A stretch of DNA of 64,000 nt from Coraliomargarita sp. (lineage in GTDB: Bacteria; Verrucomicrobiota; Verrucomicrobiia; Opitutales; Coraliomargaritaceae), in assembly GCA_965216325.1 (NCBI GenBank), contig OZ244160.1, positions 2,528,001-2,592,000 on the forward strand, given 5' to 3'. The position numbers and the translations under genes were made by a program. Below the pieces are notes generated by a model. The model worked only from the letters and a program-made list of their open reading frames with translations, did not search any database and was not told where the DNA came from. Positions 45,980 to 59,607 of this stretch are shown piece after piece; position 1 is the first letter of the stretch, and the number at the start of each line of letters is the position of its first letter.

Positions 45980-46013
45980 AAGCCCGTGGTGCACATGCGC
46001 CGCGGGCTTTTTT
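45980..46013 (+). terminator. Intrinsic terminator after rpsJ
   Basis: AAGCCCGTGGTGCA-CA-TGCGCCGCGGGCTT-TTTT GC-rich stem plus U tract. Confidence 0.85.
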
Positions 46014-46028
46014 GTGAACGCTTAGCGC

Positions 46029-46067
46029 AATTTGCTGTCTTGACAGCAAATTAAATGCACTCAATAT
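46029..46067 (+). promoter_or_regulatory. vapBC promoter with palindromic operator over the -35 box
   Basis: Perfect inverted repeat AATTTGCTGTC-TT-GACAGCAAATT (46029-46052) containing TTGACA (46040-46045); candidate -10 CAATAT (46062-46067). Confidence 0.65.
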
Positions 46068-46073
46068 GTTTAT

Positions 46074-46325
46074 ATGCGCACGACAGTTACCATAGATGCG
46101 GACACGGAGCATTTGCTGAAAGCGGAAGCAGCTCGGACGGGGCGTTCGTTTAAGGTGGTGCTCAACGAGGCAATTCGCACGGCCTTGGCGAAGCCAACTT
46201 CCGAGCCAATTCAGGTGCACCCGGTCATGGATGCGCCGTTTCCGTCTGAGTTTGAAGCTGTCAGTATGAATCGGTTGGCTGACATTCTTGATGATGAAGA
46301 GACGCTGCGGGAATTGTCGCGATGA
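46074..46325 (+). CDS. vapB: Type II antitoxin, VapB-like (ribbon-helix-helix)
   Basis: MRTTVTID...LK..A..TGRSFKVVLNEAIR; ATGA overlap with the PIN toxin. Confidence 0.82.
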   Translation: MRTTVTIDADTEHLLKAEAARTGRSFKVVLNEAIRTALAKPTSEPIQVHPVMDAPFPSEFEAVSMNRLADILDDEETLRELSR

Positions 46326-46753
46326 TTCTTCCTGACATTAATCTTCTCCTGTATGCCTACAATCGGCAGGCACCGCAGCACGAGTTGGCGCGTGATTGGT
46401 GGGAATCGGTGCTTAATGGGCGCGAACTGATTGGAATCCCGCACGAGGTTGCGCTCGGATTTGTGCGTATTGCGACGAATCCACGCATGGGGGCGATGGC
46501 CATCTCCCTAGTAGACGCGAGCGCGGTCGTGACCTCGTGGGGGACTGCGTCGGTTTGTCGAACGTTGCTCCCCGAGGTGGATCATGTCGCGAAGGTTTTA
46601 AAGCTCTTGCAGCGTAGCGGTGCGAGCGGGCAGTTGACTTCGGATGCGTCGCTAGCGGTTTATGCAATGGATGCGCGGGCGACCCTTTGCTCCAATGATA
46701 CGGATTTCGCGCGGTTCCCAGGGTTGGTGTGGGAGAACCCGTTGTTAAAATAA
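46322..46753 (+). CDS. vapC: Type II toxin, VapC PIN-domain ribonuclease (mycobacterial-type family)
   Basis: MILPDINLLLYA, H..ARDWW, GFVRIATNPR, SDASLA, LCSNDTDFARFPGL.WENPL. Confidence 0.88.
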   Translation: MILPDINLLLYAYNRQAPQHELARDWWESVLNGRELIGIPHEVALGFVRIATNPRMGAMAISLVDASAVVTSWGTASVCRTLLPEVDHVAKVLKLLQRSGASGQLTSDASLAVYAMDARATLCSNDTDFARFPGLVWENPLLK

Positions 46754-47165
46754 CTCGTAGAGCTATGAAAAAAGCAATTTAGAGGCTCGCCCGTGTTGGC
46801 GTTGTAACTGAGACTGGTGTAGGGAGGTCTCGATCAAGGTCTCATCCGACGCAGATCTAGCTTTCTTGTGCCCTTGGTTGTTTTGTGTTCAAACCGCGTT
46901 AGCTTACGGTTGAACAATCTAACAAGGGAGGGCGGATGTTGTATCGAATTGTATGGGGGGGGGGGCTTGCGGATGATATGGATCTTGGGATCAAGTATCA
47001 GGCGCAGCGCGGCGACCCTACCTGAAATTGCTGAACGATCTTTTTTGGTGTTAAAATGTTCATTATATGTTTGAGTTTCTTGCAGAATGTATCAAGCTAG
47101 GAGCTGTTCCTGTCGTCGGAACAGATTCATCACTAAACGCTAATAATTGAACTGAAAGGACACTC

Positions 47166-47546
47166 ATGAATCAGACGATACTCAGTGGAAACCTCACCGC
47201 GGACATCGAATCGCGTCAGGTGGGCGAGCAACAACTCAGCAAGTTCACCCTTGCTTGTAATGAAGGAGATCGGGTGATCTTTATGCCCGTTGAGGCGTGG
47301 AACATGCCGCATTTGGAGCAATATCTAGCCAAAGGCTCCAAGGTGTTGGTGTCCGGAGGGCTGAAGCAGGACTCTTGGGAAACCGAGGGGGGAGCAAAGC
47401 GCAGTCGCATCGTGTTGACCGCGCATCGGGTTGAGTTTCTCGACCAAGCGCCGCACGGGCAGGGCCAGAGTCAGAGTGGCCCGCCCAGCACGCGAAAGAG
47501 AGGCCCGTCGAATCTTGCCAGACCGAAGCGTCGCTCGGTGGCTTAG
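47166..47546 (+). CDS. ssb: Single-stranded DNA-binding protein paralogue (lacks acidic C-terminal tip)
   Basis: MNQTILSGNLTAD, FTLACN, VEAW, YLAKGSKVLVSGGLKQDSWE, VEFL; RBS AAAGGA. Confidence 0.85.
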   Translation: MNQTILSGNLTADIESRQVGEQQLSKFTLACNEGDRVIFMPVEAWNMPHLEQYLAKGSKVLVSGGLKQDSWETEGGAKRSRIVLTAHRVEFLDQAPHGQGQSQSGPPSTRKRGPSNLARPKRRSVA

Positions 47547-47569
47547 TTCGGCGAGAGTTTTAGGGTTTT

Positions 47570-47602
47570 AGTCCGCGTTGTGATCATGGCGCGGGCTTTT
47601 TC
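47570..47602 (+). terminator. Intrinsic terminator after ssb
   Basis: AGTCCGCGTTGTG/CATGGCGCGGGCT stem followed by TTTTCT. Confidence 0.65.
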
Positions 47603-47776
47603 TACCCCGTTCGAGTGTGGGGCAGATTTGTAAAAAACTGCTTCCAGCGGTTGTTTTTAACCAGTGTGGGGGTTAGCTGAGTGTCAGTGCATTTATAGGT
47701 TGTTTTCGGCGTGTCTGCTGGAGATTATCGGAATGCAAATCGACTCTTCAAAACACTAAACTCTGCTAGACCTCTT

Positions 47777-49297
47777 ATGATCCAAAAGATCGCTCACTCT
47801 GTGCAATTGCTGGGCCTCGTCGCGCTGGGCGCGATTGCTTCGGCCGCTGACTCGTTTGAATACACAACGGAGATTCCTGAGGGAATCCTCACGCCGGATA
47901 CCGTCGAGACCTCGATCGGCACATTGACCTTTACCGATGGCGTGCCATCGCGCGAGACGGCTGACAAGGCCTACGACTTCATGGACACTGCCCGTGCTGC
48001 GGATGCGTTCCTTAAAGGGATGCCAGCGGCGTCGCTGGCAGGATTGCTTGAAGGCTCCCGCTCGCTGGGTGCCGTGGAAGCGCACCAAGTCGTGATCATG
48101 GATGGTTTGATGGATCCCAAGTCGTTGTTTCTGACGGCAAATACGTCTACGATCTATGTATTACCTGATCTGGATCTAAAGCGTGATGGTCCAACTGTTG
48201 TGGAGTCGCCGAAGGGCTTATTGGGCGCTGCCAACGACGGCTACTTTCGGTTCGTCGAGAACATTACTGGCGGGAAATATCTGTTTTTGCCTCCAGGCTA
48301 TGAGGGTGAGGTTCCTGAGGGCTACATCGTCTTGCGTCCAGAGACCTATACACTCTGGCTCTTTCTTCGTAAGTCGCCTAAGAGCAAAGCTCCGGAAGAT
48401 GTGGCTGAAGGCGCTCAGTTTATTCGCGATGGCTTGAAGGTATATCCTCTGTCAAAGGCGGACAACCCACCAGCCATGGAATGGATCAGTGGCACTGGTA
48501 AAGCCTACAACACCATCCACTATAACAATGCCGAGTTCTACAGTCATATGAACGAGGTCATTCAGTATGAAGCGCAAGGACTCCTTACTCCGGAGATTCG
48601 TGGTCTCTTTGCATCGCTGGGCATTGAAAAGGGCAAGCCCTTCAATCCGGATGAGCGCATGAAGGGCATTCTCGCCGATGGTGTTGCGATTGGCAATGCA
48701 CAGGCACGCGCGATTGTTTGGTATCCGCGCATCGACATGAATATGGGCGGTGTGCAGATCTACCCCGATACGGACAGTGCGTGGAATATGGGTTATCCTG
48801 AGCGCAATACTGCGTTTAGCGGTGCGGACGGTGCGACGATGAACACTGATGCGCGTGTCAGTTTCCACTATCCCTACACGGGTGTGACTCCGGCGATGGC
48901 GACGCCCCGCGAGGGCACAGGTTCGGACTATGGCATCGCTTTTCTTGATGGCGACAAACAGCCTTTTGATGGCGCTCAGACTTATAAAATTACGCTGCCA
49001 GCGGATGCACCGATTGCAAATTTCTGGGCAGTGACGATCTACGATACGCAGACTCGGTCCATGCTGCAGACGGATCAAAAAGCGGCCGGTATCGACAGCT
49101 TGCAAGATGGGCTTCGTTACAACCGCGACGGCTCCATTGATATCTACTTCGCGCCAAAGGCGCCTCCGGGGTATCAAAACAACTGGGTGCAGACTGTGCC
49201 GGGCAAGAGCTGGTTCACCATCTTGCGTATGTATAGCCCGCTTGAAGAATGGATCGACCAGTCCTGGCGTCCAAGTGAAGTGATTCGCCTGGATTAA
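47777..49297 (+). CDS. Secreted DUF1254/DUF1214 domain protein
   Basis: Signal peptide from ATG at 47777, TPDTVETSIGTLTFTDGVP, FLTANTSTIY, GKYLFLPPGYEG, FWAVTIYD, NWVQTVPGKSWFTILRMYSP. Confidence 0.88.
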   Translation: MIQKIAHSVQLLGLVALGAIASAADSFEYTTEIPEGILTPDTVETSIGTLTFTDGVPSRETADKAYDFMDTARAADAFLKGMPAASLAGLLEGSRSLGAVEAHQVVIMDGLMDPKSLFLTANTSTIYVLPDLDLKRDGPTVVESPKGLLGAANDGYFRFVENITGGKYLFLPPGYEGEVPEGYIVLRPETYTLWLFLRKSPKSKAPEDVAEGAQFIRDGLKVYPLSKADNPPAMEWISGTGKAYNTIHYNNAEFYSHMNEVIQYEAQGLLTPEIRGLFASLGIEKGKPFNPDERMKGILADGVAIGNAQARAIVWYPRIDMNMGGVQIYPDTDSAWNMGYPERNTAFSGADGATMNTDARVSFHYPYTGVTPAMATPREGTGSDYGIAFLDGDKQPFDGAQTYKITLPADAPIANFWAVTIYDTQTRSMLQTDQKAAGIDSLQDGLRYNRDGSIDIYFAPKAPPGYQNNWVQTVPGKSWFTILRMYSPLEEWIDQSWRPSEVIRLD

Positions 49298-49567
49298 CCG
49301 TGTTGTTTCCCATTTGGGCTGTATTTGCTGAGCGGTCAGTTTCCGGATTCCGCAGCTCGATGCGGCGGCCAAGGCCCTGATGGCTCACGCCTTCGGCGAG
49401 GGAGCTGCTCCTAATTCGAGCGAGCTACAGGTCCTTTGGGAAGTGTGCGTCGCTTCACGTAATTGCTGTTATCATCGCGACGTGTTGCGGCTCAATCCCA
49501 AGGCGAAGTAAAGGCTGCTAGTTGCGATGCATTCTTGCTATTAAATAATTTCAGGTAGAATGATTTG

Positions 49568-50017
49568 ATGAAGATCTTATACTACTTGGCGCTCTATGTC
49601 GTTTCAGCTCTGCTATCCGCAGAAGAGGGCGTATTTTGGGACTATAATTTCGATGGTCACGAAGATCGTCGGATATGGCGGGAAAGCGATGGACGGCTTG
49701 GGTATTACGACATCTATCTTTATAGCGAAAAAACAAAGTCATTTGAGAAGCACGCTGTGCTTAGTGGTCTTCATAATCCGATTCCGAATCAGGAGACTCG
49801 GCAGATCGAGTGCTTTTGGCCGGGTGGGCATGCGGGGATGATCTACCGCATGCAGCTATATGCTTGGGATGGAGATGAGCTGAGCTTGGAAAAGGCGATT
49901 ACTCAAGATCACATTAAGGTCGGAGAGGTTTGGGAATATATTAAAGTCACGGTTGTGGTAGCTGATGGGATGCCTCGCATCGAATTGATTGAGCATATCG
50001 AGCCGGGGATTAAATGA
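49568..50017 (+). CDS. Secreted XAC2610-related protein
   Basis: Signal peptide; DYNFDGHED, YDIYLY.EKTKSF, L.NP, GGHAG, YAWDGDEL. Confidence 0.6.
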   Translation: MKILYYLALYVVSALLSAEEGVFWDYNFDGHEDRRIWRESDGRLGYYDIYLYSEKTKSFEKHAVLSGLHNPIPNQETRQIECFWPGGHAGMIYRMQLYAWDGDELSLEKAITQDHIKVGEVWEYIKVTVVVADGMPRIELIEHIEPGIK

Positions 50018-50155
50018 CTGTGAGGCTTCAGGTATATAAAATGGCGCGCAGACTTGAGTAATCCAAGACAGGTGCTGTATTAGAGCTTCTGTAATTTGAG
50101 ATGAATCTACCAACCTGGTCTCATTGCCTTTTATACTACTGCCAGCTAGCCTCTA

Positions 50156-53100
50156 ATGCGTCATTCTATCTTCTACTTGCTCTGTTCCCTTTTTTTTCAG
50201 TCTGCTCTCATTGCTGAGAATCCTTATGGGGTGAATCCGTATCGAAAGGCCGCACTCGCATACGATCTATATCATGCGGAATCGGATGTTCGGGGAATGG
50301 ATGAGATTATTCAGCGTATTCAAGAGTTTGTCGCAGAGCAGTATGCAACTGCGGGGCTTGAGGAACCCGATGATCTGGCGCGAGATGAAAGCCTTGCAGC
50401 CTTCGTGCGAGAGCATTTTGACGCAGAACAGTATAGTTCAGTCATCATCAATGAATATAAGAGTGGTTTTACCGAGGGCGAATTGAAGCAGCTCGTGGAG
50501 TTTTTTGACACCGAATTGGGAGGCAAGTATGCCAAAGTTGCGAGCAAAGCGGATCGTAACAAAGAGCGTCTGTTTCGTCGCGACTTTAATAAGTTATCTC
50601 GAGACTTATGGCAACTAATGGGGCAAGTGGCTCAGGATTCTGGACAGAAGTTTGCTTCGCCAAACGCAGGATATACTACGGAAGACCTTGTTGGTGAGTG
50701 GCGTGAAGAGGGCTACGACGGCGATTATTATATCAGTGATTTCAGGGCTGATGGAACGATGGTATTCACCCATTACGATACAGATGGCAACGAGGATCCT
50801 TTCTTTGAAGGCACTTGGGAGCTTTCGGGGGATGTGATATCCTACACAAGCTCTGATGAGCGCGAACCGTGGAAGCACCAGTCCATCTGGCGCTACAATG
50901 GCAGGAAAATACTCTATGAGAATAGCTACCCGAAAACAGAACGCACTGAATTAGGTTCGATGCGCAGGATTAAAAAGGAGGTTTCTGCTGATGAGGCGGA
51001 GCCGGAAGTAATCGCTGAAACTGTAGGCGAAGCTGTTTATAAAACCGAGGATCTCATTGGCCGATGGCAAGAGGAATGGAAAAATGGCGTTTCCGTTGTG
51101 TCTGATTTTAAAGCCGACGGAACGATGTTGGTCACTTGGTATGATGAGGGTGAAGAACTCGCCAAACAAGAAAGACTCTGGGCATTCGTTAATAATGTCA
51201 TGATATTCCGCATGAGCCCTGATGATGACGATCCGGTGCGCGAAACTGTGCTTCGTATTGAGGGCGGGCGTATGACCTATCGGGATGTCAATGGTGATAC
51301 CGCAGGCATGGTGCGACTGGACGATGAGCCTGCACAGCAACTCGAGAAAGAGTTAGTTTTTTATACGGCAGAGGATCTTGTTGGAGTCTGGCGTAAGAAT
51401 TTTAGTGGTCGTGTCGTAGATATGGACTTTCGCGCTGATGGCACTCTAATCGTCAGTTCGTATCTTGATCAAGGCGGTGGAGAACGCTCTAATTCACCTG
51501 TATTTTGGGAACTGGTGGACAACGTTATCGTAGTGCGGACAAGTCCTGACGATCCAGAACCTCGAAAATCGACCTTGCTGAGTATTGATGATGAGCAGAT
51601 GACTCAACTCTTTGCGAGCGGTGCGACCGTGGTCAGGTTTCGAGTAGAGGATGAACATGCGCAGGAGCTGGAGGAAGATATTGAGACCACTAGCGAGGCG
51701 AGGGTAGTAAATGGCCAATATATACCATCCAAAGCGGTGCAGGAAAAGATGCAAAGCGAGTGGTCATTGAACATAGATCGTCAAATTAAATTTGATATGG
51801 CTATGAAAAAATTGAATCAACGCGCACTAGACTGGAAGCCAGTGGTGCAAAACCGAAAAGTAGGATTTAAAGATAGCGTCAATTCTATTGTCATCGAATG
51901 TAAATACGATTCGGTATATAAATTTGACGAATCAGGTCTAGCAGCAGTCTTACTGGGTGAAGGCTGGGGTTTTATTAACTCTCTCGGTGAGCTAGTGATT
52001 GATGCACAATATCAGCGAGTTGATAGTTTTGGCGGAAATGATCTGACACGCGTAAAGAGAGGCGACAAGTATGGCCTAATTAACCAGAGAGGTGAAGAGG
52101 TGTTGCCTCTGAAATACACAACTATACGCGACTTTGGAGAGAAAGAGTATGCGGTCGTAGAAACGTCGTGGGGATCCTCGTCCACAGGTTTGATTAGTAA
52201 GGCAGGTGTTGAAGTTATACCTTGCTTATATGATGATATCAAAACTCTAGAGGTGGCCTCAGACCATGAGCACACTAACATATGGCTCTGCTATAAGAAA
52301 AGTTCAGAAGGAAATTATAACATCAAACTTTATGATGTTAACAAAAAGCTTTTCGTTGGCTCTAAATACCAAGAAATCAAGGTGCGGTCAGATCATAACG
52401 AAGTTGAGTTATGGCCAGCATTTAAAGATAAAAAATGGGGTTATATAGACCGCAGTGGGCAAGAAGTCATTCCATGTATCTATGATCGTTTTTATTTTGA
52501 TGGGAATACTCATTTTGATAAATCAGGCATGATAAAGCTGAGAAGGCAGGGGCAATGGCACTTTGTTGATCACACAGGTAAGGAAGTTTTGGTGGAAAGT
52601 CATCTAGTGGTGTTAAATTTCGATCCGGCTTATAATTTAGCAAGGTTTCGCAGTGCTAGCACTGAATTGTGGGGGGTTATCAACTTAGAGGGGGATGTTG
52701 TTATAGCTGCTGATTATCATAATCTCTCATCATTTATAGACGGCCTTAGTATAGCAAGGAATCGTAATTACAAATATGGGATGATTGATCCTAATGGACG
52801 GGTAATGATTCCTTTTGTTTATGATAGTTTGACTGCTTTCGGAGATGATGGCTTAGCCGTAGCTTCAAAAAATGATAAATACGGCATTATCAATAAGCAG
52901 GGGGAAACAGTGGTCCCATTTGCTTATGATTGGTTGAGTAGCGGATATGGTGGCACAATATTTGACAGTAACGGCCTCACCTCTGCGAAACTCGGTGAAA
53001 AATGGGGCATGATCAACAGGGCAGGTAATCAAATCATCCCAATAAAATATACAAAAGTTGTAGAAGAAAGCGATTCTCGCTATGGCGTGCTAATCGATAA

Positions 53101-53590
53101 AAAATGGGGAATGGTTGGTTCAAGAGGGAATGAGTTGCTTCCTTGCGTGTATGACTATCCTTTCGATTCTAGTGATTCACGCGTAGATGTTTTCGTGAAA
53201 AATGGGAAAAAAGGTCTATTATATAAAGATGGGACTTTATTTCAGCGAGCTGTTTATGATGATATCCGTCTTTATGAAACTGAGGATGCAATTCGGGTAG
53301 TCTATAAAGGGAAGGATGGGTTTATAGATTTCAAAGGGAATCTGTTGCTTCCTATTGTGTATGATTTGGCATATTCTAATGACATAGGTTACGTGGTGCG
53401 AAAAAACGGCAAGTGGGGCTTAGTCGATAAATCACACAAGACTATTATACCCTGTAAATACGATCCGGATTTTGTGACGTTTGAGAAGTTAGAATCTGGA
53501 CTCTATAAATTTAGACTGAGAGATGAGGGCTATAACACTGTTAAAAGCGGTTTCATGGACGAATTAGGTAATTCTACCTTTGAGTATTGA
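50156..53590 (+). CDS. Secreted multidomain protein: DUF2059-like + three lipocalin-like repeats + WG (KWG-Leptospira-like) repeats
   Basis: Signal peptide; FTEGELKQLVEFFDTELGGKY; 3x YxxEDLxGxW...DFxADGT; many K(W/Y)GxI(D/N)xxGxxVIPxxYD repeats. Confidence 0.82.
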   Translation: MRHSIFYLLCSLFFQSALIAENPYGVNPYRKAALAYDLYHAESDVRGMDEIIQRIQEFVAEQYATAGLEEPDDLARDESLAAFVREHFDAEQYSSVIINEYKSGFTEGELKQLVEFFDTELGGKYAKVASKADRNKERLFRRDFNKLSRDLWQLMGQVAQDSGQKFASPNAGYTTEDLVGEWREEGYDGDYYISDFRADGTMVFTHYDTDGNEDPFFEGTWELSGDVISYTSSDEREPWKHQSIWRYNGRKILYENSYPKTERTELGSMRRIKKEVSADEAEPEVIAETVGEAVYKTEDLIGRWQEEWKNGVSVVSDFKADGTMLVTWYDEGEELAKQERLWAFVNNVMIFRMSPDDDDPVRETVLRIEGGRMTYRDVNGDTAGMVRLDDEPAQQLEKELVFYTAEDLVGVWRKNFSGRVVDMDFRADGTLIVSSYLDQGGGERSNSPVFWELVDNVIVVRTSPDDPEPRKSTLLSIDDEQMTQLFASGATVVRFRVEDEHAQELEEDIETTSEARVVNGQYIPSKAVQEKMQSEWSLNIDRQIKFDMAMKKLNQRALDWKPVVQNRKVGFKDSVNSIVIECKYDSVYKFDESGLAAVLLGEGWGFINSLGELVIDAQYQRVDSFGGNDLTRVKRGDKYGLINQRGEEVLPLKYTTIRDFGEKEYAVVETSWGSSSTGLISKAGVEVIPCLYDDIKTLEVASDHEHTNIWLCYKKSSEGNYNIKLYDVNKKLFVGSKYQEIKVRSDHNEVELWPAFKDKKWGYIDRSGQEVIPCIYDRFYFDGNTHFDKSGMIKLRRQGQWHFVDHTGKEVLVESHLVVLNFDPAYNLARFRSASTELWGVINLEGDVVIAADYHNLSSFIDGLSIARNRNYKYGMIDPNGRVMIPFVYDSLTAFGDDGLAVASKNDKYGIINKQGETVVPFAYDWLSSGYGGTIFDSNGLTSAKLGEKWGMINRAGNQIIPIKYTKVVEESDSRYGVLIDKKWGMVGSRGNELLPCVYDYPFDSSDSRVDVFVKNGKKGLLYKDGTLFQRAVYDDIRLYETEDAIRVVYKGKDGFIDFKGNLLLPIVYDLAYSNDIGYVVRKNGKWGLVDKSHKTIIPCKYDPDFVTFEKLESGLYKFRLRDEGYNTVKSGFMDELGNSTFEY

Positions 53591-53672
53591 TGAGGAGCGG
53601 CTAAAGAATGACATAGGAGGAGTTGTTATTGGTTAGTAATCGCTAAACCTGCTTCGCGTCGAAAATTGCCGA

Positions 53673-53727
<55 letters not shown>

Positions 53728-53755
53728 TCAGAGCGATCAATCACATTTTAAACCA

Positions 53756-53805
53756 CTAACGCAGGTCTATATAAACGGGATCACACGGTTCCACCTGCCA
53801 ATTAG
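53756..53805 (+). promoter_or_regulatory. Structured 5' leader of rplC (candidate ribosomal-protein leader RNA)
   Basis: Nested stems CTAA..GCAGGT/ACCTGC..TTAG with inner GGGATC-ACAC-GGTTCC; candidate -35 TTGACG at 53682. Confidence 0.4.
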
Positions 53806-53809
53806 TATT

Positions 53810-54454
<645 letters not shown>

Positions 54455-54492
54455 GTTCGCCAACGCAAAAACGCAGAAAGGACATTATCATA

Positions 54493-55131
<639 letters not shown>

Positions 55132-55134
55132 GCC

Positions 55135-55425
55135 ATGATCATTCCAGACAAAATTCTCCGCGAATTCCGCATCACAGAGAAGACTGCGACACTCGCGGCC
55201 AATCTGAACCAATACACCTTCGAAGTTGCACCTGAAGCGAACCGCAAGGAGATCGCACGTGCCGTTGAAAAGCTCTTCAGCGTCGAAGTGGTTAAGGTAA
55301 ACACACTCGTTAAAAAGCCTAAGGTGAAGGCAGACCGCTCACGTCGTGGTCGTCCGGGCACTAAGGGTGGTCACAAGAAGGCGATCGTTACTCTCAAGGA
55401 GGGTGACAAGATCGAACTCGTCTAA
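55135..55425 (+). CDS. rplW: 50S ribosomal protein L23
   Basis: ITEK, YTFEV, VEKLFSVEVVKVNT, KKAIVTL. Confidence 0.98.
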   Translation: MIIPDKILREFRITEKTATLAANLNQYTFEVAPEANRKEIARAVEKLFSVEVVKVNTLVKKPKVKADRSRRGRPGTKGGHKKAIVTLKEGDKIELV

Positions 55426-55446
55426 GTTAAAAGGAGATAAGACATC

Positions 55447-56292
<846 letters not shown>

Positions 56293-56309
56293 TTCAACGA
56301 ATTTAAACT

Positions 56310-56567
<258 letters not shown>

Positions 56568-56616
56568 TTCAGAAATTCCGTTTCTGTATTCTTCTTTCGT
56601 TCTTTCATAATAACTT

Positions 56617-56991
56617 ATGCACTTTTCGCCCGCACCTCGCATCTCATGCTTGGTTGCCTGGCTCATCCTGGGAGTCCTAACCTGCAGCAGCGGGGTGCGG
56701 GCGGAGGTGCCTAATTTCGTCAAGGAGTCAGTCTACAGCCCGAATGCGGCACCTGTAGCCAAAGTCCTACCGTCCTATGCAGCTGATATCGTCATCCTCG
56801 ATGGCGGCTTGGAGCAGGGACTACGACGCGGCATGGTCTGCTCGGTCTCACGCGGACTCCAAACCATTGGCGAAATTATTATTATCGAATCCAGAAGCGA
56901 CCGGTCCGCAGGACTTATCCTCGAACTGGTCGAAGATGCAACAATCACTGCGGGAGACATCGCCCGCCTAAAGACAATTCAAACCAGCTAA
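56617..56991 (+). CDS. Hypothetical exported protein (FlgT C-terminal-like beta domain) inside the S10 operon
   Basis: Signal-peptide-like N-terminus (…GVRA|E), VILDGGLEQGLRRGMVCSVSR..IGEIIIIE...SAGLI...ITAGD; fills the rpsS-rplV gap. Confidence 0.7.
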   Translation: MHFSPAPRISCLVAWLILGVLTCSSGVRAEVPNFVKESVYSPNAAPVAKVLPSYAADIVILDGGLEQGLRRGMVCSVSRGLQTIGEIIIIESRSDRSAGLILELVEDATITAGDIARLKTIQTS

Positions 56992-56996
56992 ATATC

Positions 56997-57332
<336 letters not shown>

Positions 57333-57353
57333 GCCTTAACCAACGAATTTAAT

Positions 57354-57986
<633 letters not shown>

Positions 57987-58024
57987 ACCACTACTTAAAC
58001 GATAACATTTAACTAGAGCGAACA

Positions 58025-58444
<420 letters not shown>

Positions 58445-58469
58445 TCGCAAATCAAAAGGAGTCATACAA

Positions 58470-58674
<205 letters not shown>

Positions 58675-58691
58675 CACTAGCCCGTATAGAT

Positions 58692-58970
<279 letters not shown>

Positions 58971-58999
58971 TTTAATCCTAATTCAAGGAGACATTTAAA

Positions 59000-59362
<363 letters not shown>

Positions 59363-59364
59363 TC

Positions 59365-59607
59365 ATGGCACAAGCAATTAAACGCGAACAAGAAGTAGTC
59401 GTTATCAGCGGCGCCCACAAGGGCAAGCGCGGTAAGGTCCTCGAAGTTAAAGCTGGTGAAAAGGTTCTCGTCGAAGGCGTGAACATGGTCACTAAGTTCG
59501 AGCGCAAGACTCAAGAGAACCCAGAAGGCGGTTCCGTAGAGAAGGAAGCACCGATCCATTACTCCAATGTAATGCTCGCTGAAAAATTCGACGCGAAGAA
59601 GAAGTAA
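59365..59607 (+). CDS. rplX: 50S ribosomal protein L24 (short form)
   Basis: VVVISGAHKGKRGKV, VEGVNM, EAPIHYSNV. Confidence 0.97.
   Translation: MAQAIKREQEVVVISGAHKGKRGKVLEVKAGEKVLVEGVNMVTKFERKTQENPEGGSVEKEAPIHYSNVMLAEKFDAKKK

Noticed and set aside
47106..47124. Possible Verrucomicrobia LexA box upstream of ssb
   Set aside because: The reported motif is TGTTC-N4-GAACA; here the spacer is 9 bp, so it is kept only as an unexplained palindrome.
49298..49511. Short frame FRIPQLDAAAKALMAHAFGEG...LNPKAK* after the DUF1254 gene
   Set aside because: It may be a gene remnant, but it has no convincing start or RBS and no recognisable family; not called.
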